A stretch of 64,000 bases of DNA from an uncultured delta proteobacterium (GTDB lineage Bacteria > Myxococcota_A > Polyangia > Polyangiales > Polyangiaceae), in assembly GCA_963850305.1 (NCBI GenBank), contig CAWKKR010000011.1:96001-160000 (forward strand), given 5' to 3'. The notes under the pieces are model-generated. The model was given only the letters and a program-made list of their open reading frames with translations. It was not told the DNA's origin and did no database searches. This document shows, piece by piece, positions 40,015 to 50,138 of the stretch. The position numbers and the translations under genes were made by a program. Within the stretch, counting starts at the first letter, position 1, and every line of letters starts with the position of its first letter.

Positions 40015-41085
40015 CTACCTGGTCACGGCGAGCTGGGTTCGGATCGCGATCTGGACGGATAGCTTCTGGCCAGGAGGCTGGCCGGGCTGATTGTCACGCG
40101 GAACTATGGTCGCGCGGAGGATGTCGGCGACCTCGCCATGGACGGACGATGGATCCGACGCGCGCACCTCGATCTCGCCGGTCGCATTGCCGGTGAACTC
40201 CACGAGCTGGTGCGGAGGGAGCCCGGGAAATCCGATGTCGCCCCCGGCGACGAATCGCTTGGCACTGACGTCGATCGTCGCGGTGTCGCCGTCGATCTTG
40301 GACAGCTTCATCATGCGGTACACGACGACGTCGAGCCCGGCAAAGGGCTCGCGGCTCGTCACCATCCAGTAGGCACCTACACCGACGGGTTCGGCCGGAT
40401 ACGGCAGAAAAGCGAGCGCAAGAGCGTCGACTCCCGACCGCAGCACCTGCTTGAACGATTCATCCAGGTCCTTCGAGGGCACGACGGAGACGAGACGGCC
40501 GGCACCGTCGGGAGCGAGCTGAAAGTCGAGCTCGGTTCCCCTCGCCTTCGCCACTTGCTTGTCGAGCCCCGGCGGCAGCTCGCCCGGCTGATCCGCGCCG
40601 AGCTTCGCGACGGAGACCTTGCCGAGGAGCTCCAGCGGCCCCGGCGGAACGGCTGGCTTGTCCTCCGAGGGCTGCAGCCGGACGCCGAAATCGAGGGTCG
40701 GAAGCGCCGACCGCGGTCCGGTCTGGACGCTGACTTCGAGCTGAACGGTTCTCGCTGCCTTCGACGGCACGGACGAGAAGTGAACGGTGGGGCCGCTGCC
40801 CTTCGTTCCAGCCGACAGCTTGGGGAAAGCGCCGGCGCGCATTTCCTTGTCCGCGGCACCGGGCCCGAACACGCCGGTATCCGGGGGCCCTTGCTGCGCC
40901 GTTGCTTCGCCGTTTGCAACCGCTGCGACGGCTTCCGCGATGTTCCTGTCGACGCCCGCGTTCGGGGACGAACCCCCGTCGGCGTGAGTCGCGGGCTTCG
41001 ACTCTTCCGTCTCTTTATCGCAACCGAAAGCGGCCGCGAGACAGAGGACGAGCAGCTGAGCGTGGAGGGCGGGTGGCATCCGCAT
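40015..41085 (-). CDS. Hypothetical lipoprotein
   Basis: Signal ending AFGC followed by a beta-rich domain; no family recognised. Confidence 0.65.
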   Translation of the reverse strand: MRMPPALHAQLLVLCLAAAFGCDKETEESKPATHADGGSSPNAGVDRNIAEAVAAVANGEATAQQGPPDTGVFGPGAADKEMRAGAFPKLSAGTKGSGPTVHFSSVPSKAARTVQLEVSVQTGPRSALPTLDFGVRLQPSEDKPAVPPGPLELLGKVSVAKLGADQPGELPPGLDKQVAKARGTELDFQLAPDGAGRLVSVVPSKDLDESFKQVLRSGVDALALAFLPYPAEPVGVGAYWMVTSREPFAGLDVVVYRMMKLSKIDGDTATIDVSAKRFVAGGDIGFPGLPPHQLVEFTGNATGEIEVRASDPSSVHGEVADILRATIVPRDNQPGQPPGQKLSVQIAIRTQLAVTR

Positions 41086-41163
41086 GACGCGGGTAGTACT
41101 AAATGAGCCGCCGTGAATCGGCAACGCACCCTGACGGTTTCCGCTGAAGTTTTGCGGAACCGG

Positions 41164-41484
41164 TCAGATCCAGGGCTTGAGATCCTTCACGGCGTTGTCT
41201 TTGAGGACGAACTTCTTCGTGTCCTCGTGGCAGCTCGTGCACTTCACTTCTTTCCCCGCAGCTCGCGCCTTCTTGACCGCCTCCTTCATGACCCCCCGGG
41301 CGCCCTTTCTGCCGTTCTCCTTGCAGGCCTTCTCGACGACGGGATAGTGAAACTTCTTCGTCGTGCAAGCTTCGCCATCGGCGAACGCGACGGACGGAGC
41401 CAGGGCGGCCGCGGCACCGCCGGCAAGGACGGCGAGGGCGAGCATGAGAGTGGGAAGCGAGCGAGCCTTGTTCGACGTGGTCAA
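41164..41484 (-). CDS. Small secreted monoheme c-type cytochrome
   Basis: AAGGAG RBS then TTG at 41484; signal peptide ending AFA; CTSCH; Lys-rich; two additional Cys. Confidence 0.7.
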   Translation of the reverse strand: MTTSNKARSLPTLMLALAVLAGGAAAALAPSVAFADGEACTTKKFHYPVVEKACKENGRKGARGVMKEAVKKARAAGKEVKCTSCHEDTKKFVLKDNAVKDLKPWI

Positions 41485-41609
41485 GTGCAACTCCTTGGGG
41501 GTTCGGTCTCGGTTACGGTGAGAGGTGAACAATGCTTCCTTCGGACGCTATCGCAGAACGGACGACGGACGTCTCGAATGGCTCCGGTCCGCCATCGTAA
41601 CGCGAAGCG

Positions 41610-43328
41610 TCAGCCATGGCCCCCATCGGTTCGCTGCGAGGCAATGAAGTCCGCCAGTTCGCGGATTTGTTCATCGGTGAGTTTCTTGCCGAACTTGGGC
41701 ATGGCGGCGACCTTGCCGAACAGATCCTCGGCGGCAGAATTCTCGATCACGCGCTGGGTCCACGCTCGTGACCCGTCGCCCGCAAGGTTAGGACCGTCCG
41801 CGACTTCGCCCGGCTTCACCTCGTGGCACGTGTTGCAGTCGAGGTCGTCGGCGAAGAGCTTCTGACCCCGGGCGACCAGCGCTGCATCGACAGGGCCGGC
41901 TTCCTCTCCCATGAGGCTCGTCATGTATTCGACGAGGGCCTTGAGCTTGTCGTCGGAGAGCTGACTCGGCGGATAAGCGTCCATCTCCTTGTGTGTCTTC
42001 GTGCCGCCGAAGAAGCGCTTGGCACGCGGATTTCGGATGACGCCGGCGAACCACTCGCGACTCTTGTAATGCGTGAGGTCAGGCGCTTCTTCACCGCCCT
42101 CCCCGTCGAGCGTGTGACACGTCTCGCAGTGCTCCTTGAACAACGAGCGCACTCGAACCCTGGGATCGTTCAAGAACACCGCATCCCCACCTGCGGGCAG
42201 GACCCCAGCCTTCGCCAGTTCGCGAGCGCGACTGGCCTCCTTGTGCGCGACGACGAGACCCTTCTGGAACTTGCCGTCCTTCGCGTCTTCTACCAGAGCC
42301 ATGGACGTGAGCGTCGCGACACCGGCCATGAGCAGCGCCACGACCGAAAGGACGGGCATCCGCTCCCCGGCGCGAGCGCTCGAAGCGCGATCGATCCACG
42401 GCAGGGCGACGAGAAAGGTCGTGACGGCACCGGGAATGATCACGGTCGCGACGACCTGAAGCGGGCCCTCGAAGTATTTCAGGAGCTGGAAGGGCGTCAG
42501 GAAATACCACTCTGGCCGCGCGACGAAGTTGGACGCTGGCTGGGCGGGAGCGAAGAGCGGCGACCCATGAGTCTCGAACGTGACGAGCACGAGCGCCGCC
42601 GCGGTGAGGGCCATCGCCGCGACGTCCCAGAGGAGCTGGCTCGGAAAATAGATCTGCGACTTGCTCTCGAGCTCCCGTTCCGGAAGCGGAGGCGGGGTCA
42701 CCCCGTGACGGCGAAAGAGCGCCACGTGGAACACGAGCAGTGTCGCGAGCGCGAACGGCAGGATGAAGACGTGCAGCGTGAAGAACCGCGTTAGCGTCAG
42801 GTTGCCGCACACGGCGCCGCCCTGGATCAAGGTGCGCAGAGCCTGCCCGCCCGGCATGCTGCCGAGGATCCCCATCGCGACCTGGGTTGCCCAGTAACCC
42901 TTCTGATCCCAGGGAAGCAGGTATCCCGTGAGCGCGAACGCGAACACGACACCCGCCATCGCGAGGCCGGTCAACCAGTTCAGCTCGCGCGGCTTCCGGT
43001 ACGCTCCGGCAATCACGGTCTGCAGGAAATGAAGCACCGTGAGCACGACCATCGCCGACGAGCCGTGATGGTGCAGTCCGCGCAAGAACCACCCCGCGGT
43101 GACCTGATCGTTCAGATAGGCGGTGCTGGCCCACGCATCCGTCGCGGACGGACTGTAGTAGCTCGCGAGCAGGACGCCGAGGAACGCCTGCTGCAGGAAC
43201 AGGTAAACGAGAACGCTACCGAAGACGTAACGCGGGCGCGCGCCGCCCGGCAGCTTCAGACCGCCGAGCCACGCAAGGGCCGAACGCAGCCCGGACCGTT
43301 CGTCGATGAAGTCGACGATCGCCTTCAC
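41610..43328 (-). CDS. Cytochrome b of a bc-type complex fused to a C-terminal diheme cytochrome c
   Basis: His ligands in LRGLHHHG, VLHF, FTLHVF and FHV; YRKPRELNW, GYLLPWDQ and PEWY motifs; C-terminal CETCH and CNTCH. Confidence 0.9.
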   Translation of the reverse strand: MKAIVDFIDERSGLRSALAWLGGLKLPGGARPRYVFGSVLVYLFLQQAFLGVLLASYYSPSATDAWASTAYLNDQVTAGWFLRGLHHHGSSAMVVLTVLHFLQTVIAGAYRKPRELNWLTGLAMAGVVFAFALTGYLLPWDQKGYWATQVAMGILGSMPGGQALRTLIQGGAVCGNLTLTRFFTLHVFILPFALATLLVFHVALFRRHGVTPPPLPERELESKSQIYFPSQLLWDVAAMALTAAALVLVTFETHGSPLFAPAQPASNFVARPEWYFLTPFQLLKYFEGPLQVVATVIIPGAVTTFLVALPWIDRASSARAGERMPVLSVVALLMAGVATLTSMALVEDAKDGKFQKGLVVAHKEASRARELAKAGVLPAGGDAVFLNDPRVRVRSLFKEHCETCHTLDGEGGEEAPDLTHYKSREWFAGVIRNPRAKRFFGGTKTHKEMDAYPPSQLSDDKLKALVEYMTSLMGEEAGPVDAALVARGQKLFADDLDCNTCHEVKPGEVADGPNLAGDGSRAWTQRVIENSAAEDLFGKVAAMPKFGKKLTDEQIRELADFIASQRTDGGHG

Positions 43329-43889
43329 TCAGACGATCTCCTTGGTCGCAATGCTCAGGCGGAACCGCTGATAGCGAACGGACACGGTGCCGTCCTTCTC
43401 TTCGACCTCGAGATCGTCGAGCGGCCGCGGCGCGGGCCCCCCGGCGACCCTGCCCTCGAGCGTGTACACGGCATCGTGGCACGGACACTTGAACTCTTTG
43501 GCGTCCGGTTCGTAGTCGTAGGCGCAACCGAGGTGGGGGCACACGGAGCTGAATGCGCGCAGCCTCCCTTCTTCGCGAATGACCCAGGCCGAACCGATCT
43601 TCACCTGGAGGATTCGATTCCAGGCGTCCCTCTTGTCGGCGTAGATGTCGACCTTGACGGGCTGATCCGGCTTGAAGGCATCCGATTTGCCCACGTTGAC
43701 GAAGCCGTCTCCATTCGACACCGTCGCGTGTGACAGCGGATAGCCGAGGTACCTCATGGCGGGCACGACCGTCACGGCCGCGACGCCGATCCCGAGACCG
43801 CCGATGCCCAAGGTCTTCAGAAAATCCCGCCGGGAATCCTCGTCATCGACGGAGGGCGGCGGCGCAGGCTTATCGTCCGGATCGGACAT
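43329..43889 (-). CDS. Rieske 2Fe-2S protein of a bc-type complex
   Basis: Tat motif SRRDFLK, TM helix, CPHLGC, CPCH and GPAPRPL. Confidence 0.92.
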   Translation of the reverse strand: MSDPDDKPAPPPSVDDEDSRRDFLKTLGIGGLGIGVAAVTVVPAMRYLGYPLSHATVSNGDGFVNVGKSDAFKPDQPVKVDIYADKRDAWNRILQVKIGSAWVIREEGRLRAFSSVCPHLGCAYDYEPDAKEFKCPCHDAVYTLEGRVAGGPAPRPLDDLEVEEKDGTVSVRYQRFRLSIATKEIV

Positions 43890-43974
43890 CTTCTCCTGAG
43901 TTGGTCCTGAATCAGCGTGCTGGCGTCGTCCCGCTATATGCCTGCTGCCCTCGACGGTTACCGAACGGCGTCCC

Positions 43975-44448
43975 TCACTCGTGCGGGTGGCACGTGAAGC
44001 ACGTGACCTTTCCGGTGTCCCCCGGTTGACCCGAAGGCTCGGATAGCAGCATCGCGAGCGTGGGTACCACCTGCTCGACCATGAACTTCGTCGTCTTCGC
44101 GTCGTAGCTCATCGCCTCGTTCACCGTGTCCTTCGCTTCGAGCGTATAGATCGAGTTCGGCATGTGGAAGTCGACGAAATCCATGTCGGCACCGTGGCAC
44201 GTCGCGCACCCGAAGTTTCCCCAATCCTTCGGCTCGAAGCCCTGGAACTTCCGGCGCATCGTCGGTTCGACGTAGGCGGCCATGAAGGCGCGCTTCTCGT
44301 CGTGCGTCTTGTCGCGCCACGGCACCGCCGGCGCACCGACCGTCGGTGCGCGGGGGGGCTTCCCGGGTTCGCTGGGAGAACACCCGACCGCCGCGACGGC
44401 CAGGGGCCACAGGATGGAGGCTGAAATGCGGGAGAAACCCATACGCAA
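43975..44448 (-). CDS. Diheme c-type cytochrome lipoprotein
   Basis: Lipobox AVGC; CATCH and CFTCH; Met residues upstream of each as candidate distal ligands. Confidence 0.8.
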   Translation of the reverse strand: MRMGFSRISASILWPLAVAAVGCSPSEPGKPPRAPTVGAPAVPWRDKTHDEKRAFMAAYVEPTMRRKFQGFEPKDWGNFGCATCHGADMDFVDFHMPNSIYTLEAKDTVNEAMSYDAKTTKFMVEQVVPTLAMLLSEPSGQPGDTGKVTCFTCHPHE

Positions 44449-44565
44449 GGCCCCGCATGCTCTTTGAAATCCAGCATCCGGTCAATGCAAACCTCTGTGG
44501 ACTGACGCGCCGATTTCGGTCGGCACCGAGCGTTCGAGTTCCCACGGCGCTAGAGTTTTGAATCG

Positions 44566-45175
44566 ATGCCTCGGACGAACCTCCCCTGGATGGTCGTCTC
44601 GCTAACCGTCGCGACGACGGCATGTTCCCACGTCGCCGCGACGCGCTCGGAATCCGACGGTCGTCGCACGACGATGGGGGCAGAGCGTCGCACTCCGCCC
44701 CCGGCCGTCGGCGCCGGCCGGCTTTCGTCGCATGACCATCGGTGGCATCTCGCCCATCAGCACGGGCAGCGCCCTCGTGCTCGTCGACGAGGATCGTCGA
44801 CGCGCGCTGGTGCTGCCGGTCGGAGATCGGCAAGCTCTGGCGTCCGCGCTCTGCCTGGGACGACGGAGGAACGAGGCTCCGTCTGCCGCCTTGGTCCGCA
44901 GGATGGGCGGCGACGTGACGAGCGTCCGCGTCACACGTTCCGAAAGCGACGTTTTCGGTGCGTCGGTGCGGATCAATCGGGACGGTAAACCGCTCGACGT
45001 GGAGACACCCCCGAGCGAGGCGATCGCGCTCGCGATCGAAGAGGGCGTCCCAGTATTCGTCGCGGAGACCTTGCTCGCCGAAGCTGGCGTCGATGTCGAG
45101 AAGTTCGACTTTCGACACCTGGAACGCCGCGAGCGACCGGGAACCCGGCGCGAGGAAGACGAAGTGGCGCTGTGA
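44566..45175 (+). CDS. Bifunctional nuclease (DUF151)-like domain protein, probably with a lipoprotein N-terminus split by a +1 frameshift near 44651
   Basis: ORF 44732-45175 has LVLVDE..LPVG..A..PSEAIALA..VPVFV. The upstream frame encodes the signal MVVSLTVATTAC. Removing one A from GAATC at 44650 joins them without a stop. Confidence 0.6.
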
Positions 45176-45348
45176 TCTGGGCCGCCCCACTGAAACGAGC
45201 GCGACTCCAGTCTCGCTCCGATCCTGGGTGCCCCTATGCGACACGAAAAAGCGCGGCCACCGCGCCAGCGCGTCACCAGAACCGCCGTCATTGACGCCAA
45301 GAGCACCTGGGTTTGTCGCCGCAGCGCCGGTGATGTAATCGCGAGGAG

Positions 45349-45852
45349 ATGATATCGAGTCGGGCTCCGGGTATGGTGGACGTGCTCCATCGCGACCAGG
45401 GCTGCTTGTTCGCGACCTGGCAGAACGTGCTGGTCGCGGCATGGACGATTCAGAGCACCGGCGAGCTTGCGCGAAAGCTCGGTCAGGTGACCGAAGCATT
45501 CGTACGCTCACATCCCGAGGGCTTCTCGACGGTGCACGTGATCGCCAGGAAGCCGCCCTTGCCGACGTCCGAGGCGCGGGAAGAGTTCGCGGCGCTCACC
45601 AAGCGCTATTCGAAACAGCTGGCCTGCGTCGGGACGGTGCTGGAAGGCTCGGGGTTCTGGGCGAGCGCGATCCGCAGCGTCATCGTCGGCGTCAGACTCG
45701 TCTCGGGTCAGCCCTTCGACATGCAGATCTATTCGAGCATCGACGAGCTGTCCGAGTGGCTCCCTCGCCCTCACGCGACGAAAACCGGTACGAGGCTCGA
45801 AGCGGCAGCCCTGAGCAAAGCCCTCGCCGAAGTCCGGACGCAACTCGACTGA
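45349..45852 (+). CDS. Hypothetical protein (STAS/SEC14-like small alpha/beta domain)
   Basis: FATWQNVLVAAW...VLEGSGFWASAIRSV; resemblance from memory only. Confidence 0.55.
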   Translation: MISSRAPGMVDVLHRDQGCLFATWQNVLVAAWTIQSTGELARKLGQVTEAFVRSHPEGFSTVHVIARKPPLPTSEAREEFAALTKRYSKQLACVGTVLEGSGFWASAIRSVIVGVRLVSGQPFDMQIYSSIDELSEWLPRPHATKTGTRLEAAALSKALAEVRTQLD

Positions 45853-45853
45853 T

Positions 45854-48196
45854 TCAGAACGGCGGCTCATCCGGAGGCTCCGCGGATCCGGCTGGCGCCG
45901 TCGCCGGTAACGGCGGAGCCGGTGCTCGCACTCCAGCATCCGCCGCCGGCTCGACCTCCGTGGGTGCGGTCCCGTCGAGGAACTCCTCCTCGACTGCGGT
46001 GTCCTCGTCGCGCGGCAGCAGTCCCGTCGCCGGATCGACGCGCACGGTCACGATGCTCTCGGGTCGCGCGAACTCGGTGACAGGACGTCCCTCGTGCGCG
46101 GCTCTCATGAATTCGACCCACGCAGGGAGCGCCGTGACCGCTCCCGACTCCGCCGAACCAAGGGGGAGCGCGTCGTCATAGCCGACCCACACCGCGGCCA
46201 CGATGTCCGTCGAATACCCGACGAACCACGCGTCTTTCGATAAATTCGTCGTCCCCGTCTTGCCCGCGACGGGGCGGCCCAGCGACAGCGCGCGCCGACC
46301 AGTGCCAGACGTGACGACGCTGCGCAACAGACTGGTCACGAGATAGGCTTCGTCGGGTTCCATTGCCCGGCGCGCCGGCGGCTTCGGTGGAAGAGTAACG
46401 GGCTGCCCGCCGCTCCGAGCGATCCTCGTCACGAGCACCGGGGGCGCAATCTCACCGCCGCTCGCGAACGTCGCATATCCGTTCGCGAGTTCGAGCGGCG
46501 TGACTTCGTACGCGCCGAGGGCGAGAGAATCGTCCGTTCCGAGACGCGACTCGATGCCCGCAGCGTGCGCCCACTCCGCGACATTTGCGGCGCCCGCGTT
46601 CCTGAAGACCTGAACCGCCGCGGCATTGTCGCTTCTCGCAAGAGCCTCTCTGACGCTCATCGTGCGCTCGGTCTTCGACCGCGGGTCGTGCGGATCGGGC
46701 GGGAGGGTGAGCACGGTCGCCGGAGTAATCTGGCGCGCATGGATCGCATAGCCGTAGGTGAACGGCTTGAACGCCGACCCCGGCTGTCTGCGCGATTCGG
46801 TGGCGCGATCCAGTCCGGAGGGCACCGCTTCGTAGCTGCCGACGAGCGCGAGAACGTCGCGGGTGCGCACATCGATCGCCACGAGCGCGGACTCGGGCCC
46901 GATCTCGAGCCTGAGCGGAGTCTTGTCGCCCACCTCCGGAGGCGCGAGCAGGCTCACGCGAAGAACTGCCCCGGGTTCCGTGAACCGGGAAGGCGGCAGC
47001 CCGCCGGGGTTGTACCGGCTCTCCTGGGCCAGAAATACGCGCCCCGTCACTTCGCCCACCTGGACGTCGATCGTGCCGAGCCGGTCGTCGGTGGCATCCA
47101 CGACGCCGGCATAGACGCGGTGCACGAGCGGCATTCCGACGAACGGCTTTCCCCAGGCTGCAGGTCGGTTCTTCGCGAGATACGGAGGGTGAAGCCCGTG
47201 CCGTGCGGCGTACGCATCCAGGTTTTCGCGAACGGCGCGGCGCGCCGCTGCCTCGAGCGCCGGGTCGATGCTGGTGGCAACCTCGAACCCACCGCGCGCC
47301 GCGGCGGGCCCCACGGCGACCTCGAGCGTGTGCTTCGCGATGTCCACGACCTCCGGACAGAGTTCGCTCTCGGTGTCCTCGGCGGGAGCGAGCCGGAGCG
47401 GCTCGTCCCTCGTGCGGTCGTGGAGCTCCTTGGTGATGAAGCCCTTCTCGAGCATCTGATCCAGCACGTAGCGACGCCTCTCGAGGGCACGTTCGGGACT
47501 TCGACGCGGAGAGAACCGCTCGGGAGACGCGACGAGCCCGGCGAGAAGGGCGGACTCGGCGAGCGTCAGGTCCCGGGCTCGCTTTCCGAAGTAGTAGCGA
47601 GTCGCTTCTTCGATTCCGTATCGCCCGTGACCGAGATAGATGTGGTTCAGATAGAGATTGAGGATCTCGTCCTTCGTCAGCGACTGCTCGAGTCGCCTCG
47701 CCAGGATGGTTTCGCGGATTTTCCGATCGATCGTGCGTTCGGGGTCGAGGAGCACATTCTTCACGACCTGCTGCGTGATGGTGCTGCCGCCCTGTCGCGT
47801 CGCTCCGGCCCGAAGATCAGCGACGAAGGCGCGGAGCATGCCGAGGTAGTCGAGCCCTCGATGCTCGTAGAAACCGGCATCCTCCGCGGCCAGAAATGCG
47901 AGCTTGGCCCGAGCCGGAACCTCGCTCAACGGGATCACCGTGCGGCGCTCGGTGAAGACGTCCGCGAGCACCGAGCCGTCGCGTGCGAAGATTCGGGTGA
48001 TCTGCGGCGGGTCGTAGTTGGACTTGAGCTGTTCGACGCTCGGAAGGCCCACCGAGTAATGAGCGACGACGACGGCGACGGCGAGCACGCCTGCGGCGCC
48101 GATCACGACCAGCCCAGCCAAGACCGCGAGCGCGACGCGAATCGGTCGCCTGCCGGGGTTCGCCCGGGCGGGTTCGCTGCGCTCGTTACTTTCCAA
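45854..48196 (-). CDS. mrcA: Class A penicillin-binding protein (PBP1A family)
   Basis: Transglycosylase motifs AAEDAGFYEH, GGSTITQQVVKN and RKIRE; transpeptidase motifs SAFK, SDN and KTGT. Confidence 0.92.
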   Translation of the reverse strand: MESNERSEPARANPGRRPIRVALAVLAGLVVIGAAGVLAVAVVVAHYSVGLPSVEQLKSNYDPPQITRIFARDGSVLADVFTERRTVIPLSEVPARAKLAFLAAEDAGFYEHRGLDYLGMLRAFVADLRAGATRQGGSTITQQVVKNVLLDPERTIDRKIRETILARRLEQSLTKDEILNLYLNHIYLGHGRYGIEEATRYYFGKRARDLTLAESALLAGLVASPERFSPRRSPERALERRRYVLDQMLEKGFITKELHDRTRDEPLRLAPAEDTESELCPEVVDIAKHTLEVAVGPAAARGGFEVATSIDPALEAAARRAVRENLDAYAARHGLHPPYLAKNRPAAWGKPFVGMPLVHRVYAGVVDATDDRLGTIDVQVGEVTGRVFLAQESRYNPGGLPPSRFTEPGAVLRVSLLAPPEVGDKTPLRLEIGPESALVAIDVRTRDVLALVGSYEAVPSGLDRATESRRQPGSAFKPFTYGYAIHARQITPATVLTLPPDPHDPRSKTERTMSVREALARSDNAAAVQVFRNAGAANVAEWAHAAGIESRLGTDDSLALGAYEVTPLELANGYATFASGGEIAPPVLVTRIARSGGQPVTLPPKPPARRAMEPDEAYLVTSLLRSVVTSGTGRRALSLGRPVAGKTGTTNLSKDAWFVGYSTDIVAAVWVGYDDALPLGSAESGAVTALPAWVEFMRAAHEGRPVTEFARPESIVTVRVDPATGLLPRDEDTAVEEEFLDGTAPTEVEPAADAGVRAPAPPLPATAPAGSAEPPDEPPF

Positions 48197-49289
48197 GGAC
48201 CTTCATGATGACCACGGCGAGAACGACGCCCGCGACCAGACACACCGAAGCGACCGTCGCGAGCAGCACGAGGCTCGGCGTCGCGCGCCGTGAAGGATCC
48301 GCAAACGGCGCCCGATGCTTCGATACCGGCCCGGTCCCGGGCCCGCCCGCGGCACTTGGGGGCGCCGGAGTGAGTTGAAAGATGCCATCGACGAGCGCAT
48401 CTGCGGGATCGGCGAACGGGCGAAGCGCGACGGCGAACTCGATCGCGGTGTGAAAGCGATCGGCGGGATCCTTCGACAGGGCCTTTGCGATGGCGTCGTC
48501 GAGACCCTGAGGGAATCGTCGATCCGGAAGCCTCTCGCTCAAAGGGATCGGCTTCTCTGCGACGTGCTTCTGGATGAACTCCACGGAGTTCTTCGCATCG
48601 AAAGGCAGCTTTCCGGTGAGGGCTTCGTACAGGATCACCGCGAGCGAATAGATGTCGCTGGTCGCCGAGAGTTCCTTGCCCTGCGCCTGCTCCGGCGACA
48701 TGAACTCTGGAGTCCCGAAGACCATCCCTTCCTGCGTGAGGTTGACGGAACCCGGACGCATCTGTTCATCGGTCACCTTTGCGAGCCCAAAGTCGAGCAC
48801 CTTAGGGTATTCCTCGATGCCCATCTGCTTGCAGAGAAAGACATTTTCGGGTTTGAGATCACGGTGAATGATGCCGGCCGTGTGAGCCTCCTGGAGTGCC
48901 CCGCATACCTGAATCAGGATGGGGACAGCGCGCTCGCGCGCGAGCGAGCCCTCCTTCTTCACCGCGCGATTGAGGTTCCGGCCCTCCAGGAATTCCATGA
49001 CAATGTAGAGCGACCCGTCCTCGAGCTCGCCGTACGTGAAGACCTTGACCGTGTTCGGGTGGCTGAGCTGAGCCATCGCACGGGCTTCTCGCCGAAACCG
49101 GGACGCGAGATCCGGTCGATTCGTGAGCTTGGGATGGAGGATCTTGATCGCCACCATCCGGTTCATCTCCGGCTGCTCGGCCTTGTACACGGAGCCCATC
49201 CCCCCACTGCCGATCTTTTGAAGGATCCGGAACTCTCCGTTTAAGATCTCACGACCGATGAACGGGTCGTTCGTACGAGCCTGCACCAC
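48186..49289 (-). CDS. Ser/Thr protein kinase with C-terminal TM helix
   Basis: GSGGMGSVY, VAIK, HRDLKPEN, DFG and GTPEFMSPEQ motifs. Confidence 0.95.
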   Translation of the reverse strand: MVQARTNDPFIGREILNGEFRILQKIGSGGMGSVYKAEQPEMNRMVAIKILHPKLTNRPDLASRFRREARAMAQLSHPNTVKVFTYGELEDGSLYIVMEFLEGRNLNRAVKKEGSLARERAVPILIQVCGALQEAHTAGIIHRDLKPENVFLCKQMGIEEYPKVLDFGLAKVTDEQMRPGSVNLTQEGMVFGTPEFMSPEQAQGKELSATSDIYSLAVILYEALTGKLPFDAKNSVEFIQKHVAEKPIPLSERLPDRRFPQGLDDAIAKALSKDPADRFHTAIEFAVALRPFADPADALVDGIFQLTPAPPSAAGGPGTGPVSKHRAPFADPSRRATPSLVLLATVASVCLVAGVVLAVVIMKVLGK

Positions 49290-49313
49290 GGCTCAGGGAT
49301 ACCAGAACTAGTC

Positions 49314-50120
49314 ATGGACTACGAGCGCGGCACGGAGAGGGACGGCGAGCCGCCGCTCGGCTCCGCGGAATTCCGAACGAGTCCTCTCCTCGAGCGGGAA
49401 GGGTTCCGCCACGCGTTCTTCACGCGAAACGGGGGCGCCTCGACGGGACCGTACGCATCGCTCAGTTTCTCGACTGTCGGAGACGAGCGCTGCGTGGCAC
49501 GGAATCTCCGCCTCGCAGCGCACGCGCTCGGGGTCGCTCCGGGCAAAGTCTTTTTCGTGTCGCAGGTGCACGGAGCCGCCGTACACGCGCTGGGCGACGC
49601 GGCGTCGCGCGAAGAGGTCATGACGATTCAGGCCGACGCGCTCGTCGGAACGCGTCCGGACGCCGCCGTCGGGGTTCGCACGGCCGACTGTCTGCCCATC
49701 CTCGTCGGCGATCGGGCGAGCGGCGCCGTTGTCGCGATTCACGCGGGATGGAGAGGGGTGGTGGCCGGCGTCATCGAGACCGGGGTGGAGGAACTCCGAC
49801 GCGTGGCCGGACGGCGTTTCGACCCGGTCGCCGCGATCGGTCCGCACATCCGCGTGGGCGCTTTCGAGGTCTCGGAGGACGTTGCCGCGACGCTCCTCGC
49901 ATGCTCGCCGCGACCCGACGTCGTCGAGCGAGGACTGGGGCCAAAACCGCACGTGAACCTCTCCCTGATCGCGCAAGCGAAACTCGTCCGGGCCGGCCTC
50001 GGGCCGTGCTCGGTGGACGACGTCGCGGGATGCACATCGCACGATTCAAGCTCTTTCTTCTCTTTCCGGCGCGATGGTGCGAAGAGCGGTCGCCACCTCT
50101 CCGCCATCGTCGCTCGATAA
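49314..50120 (+). CDS. pgeF: Peptidoglycan editing factor PgeF / YfiH family protein
   Basis: FFTRNGG, QVHG, TADCLPIL, HAGWRG, IGPHI and FFSFRR motifs. Confidence 0.9.
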   Translation: MDYERGTERDGEPPLGSAEFRTSPLLEREGFRHAFFTRNGGASTGPYASLSFSTVGDERCVARNLRLAAHALGVAPGKVFFVSQVHGAAVHALGDAASREEVMTIQADALVGTRPDAAVGVRTADCLPILVGDRASGAVVAIHAGWRGVVAGVIETGVEELRRVAGRRFDPVAAIGPHIRVGAFEVSEDVAATLLACSPRPDVVERGLGPKPHVNLSLIAQAKLVRAGLGPCSVDDVAGCTSHDSSSFFSFRRDGAKSGRHLSAIVAR

Positions 50121-50138
50121 CTGCGCCGCTCGAGTGAG

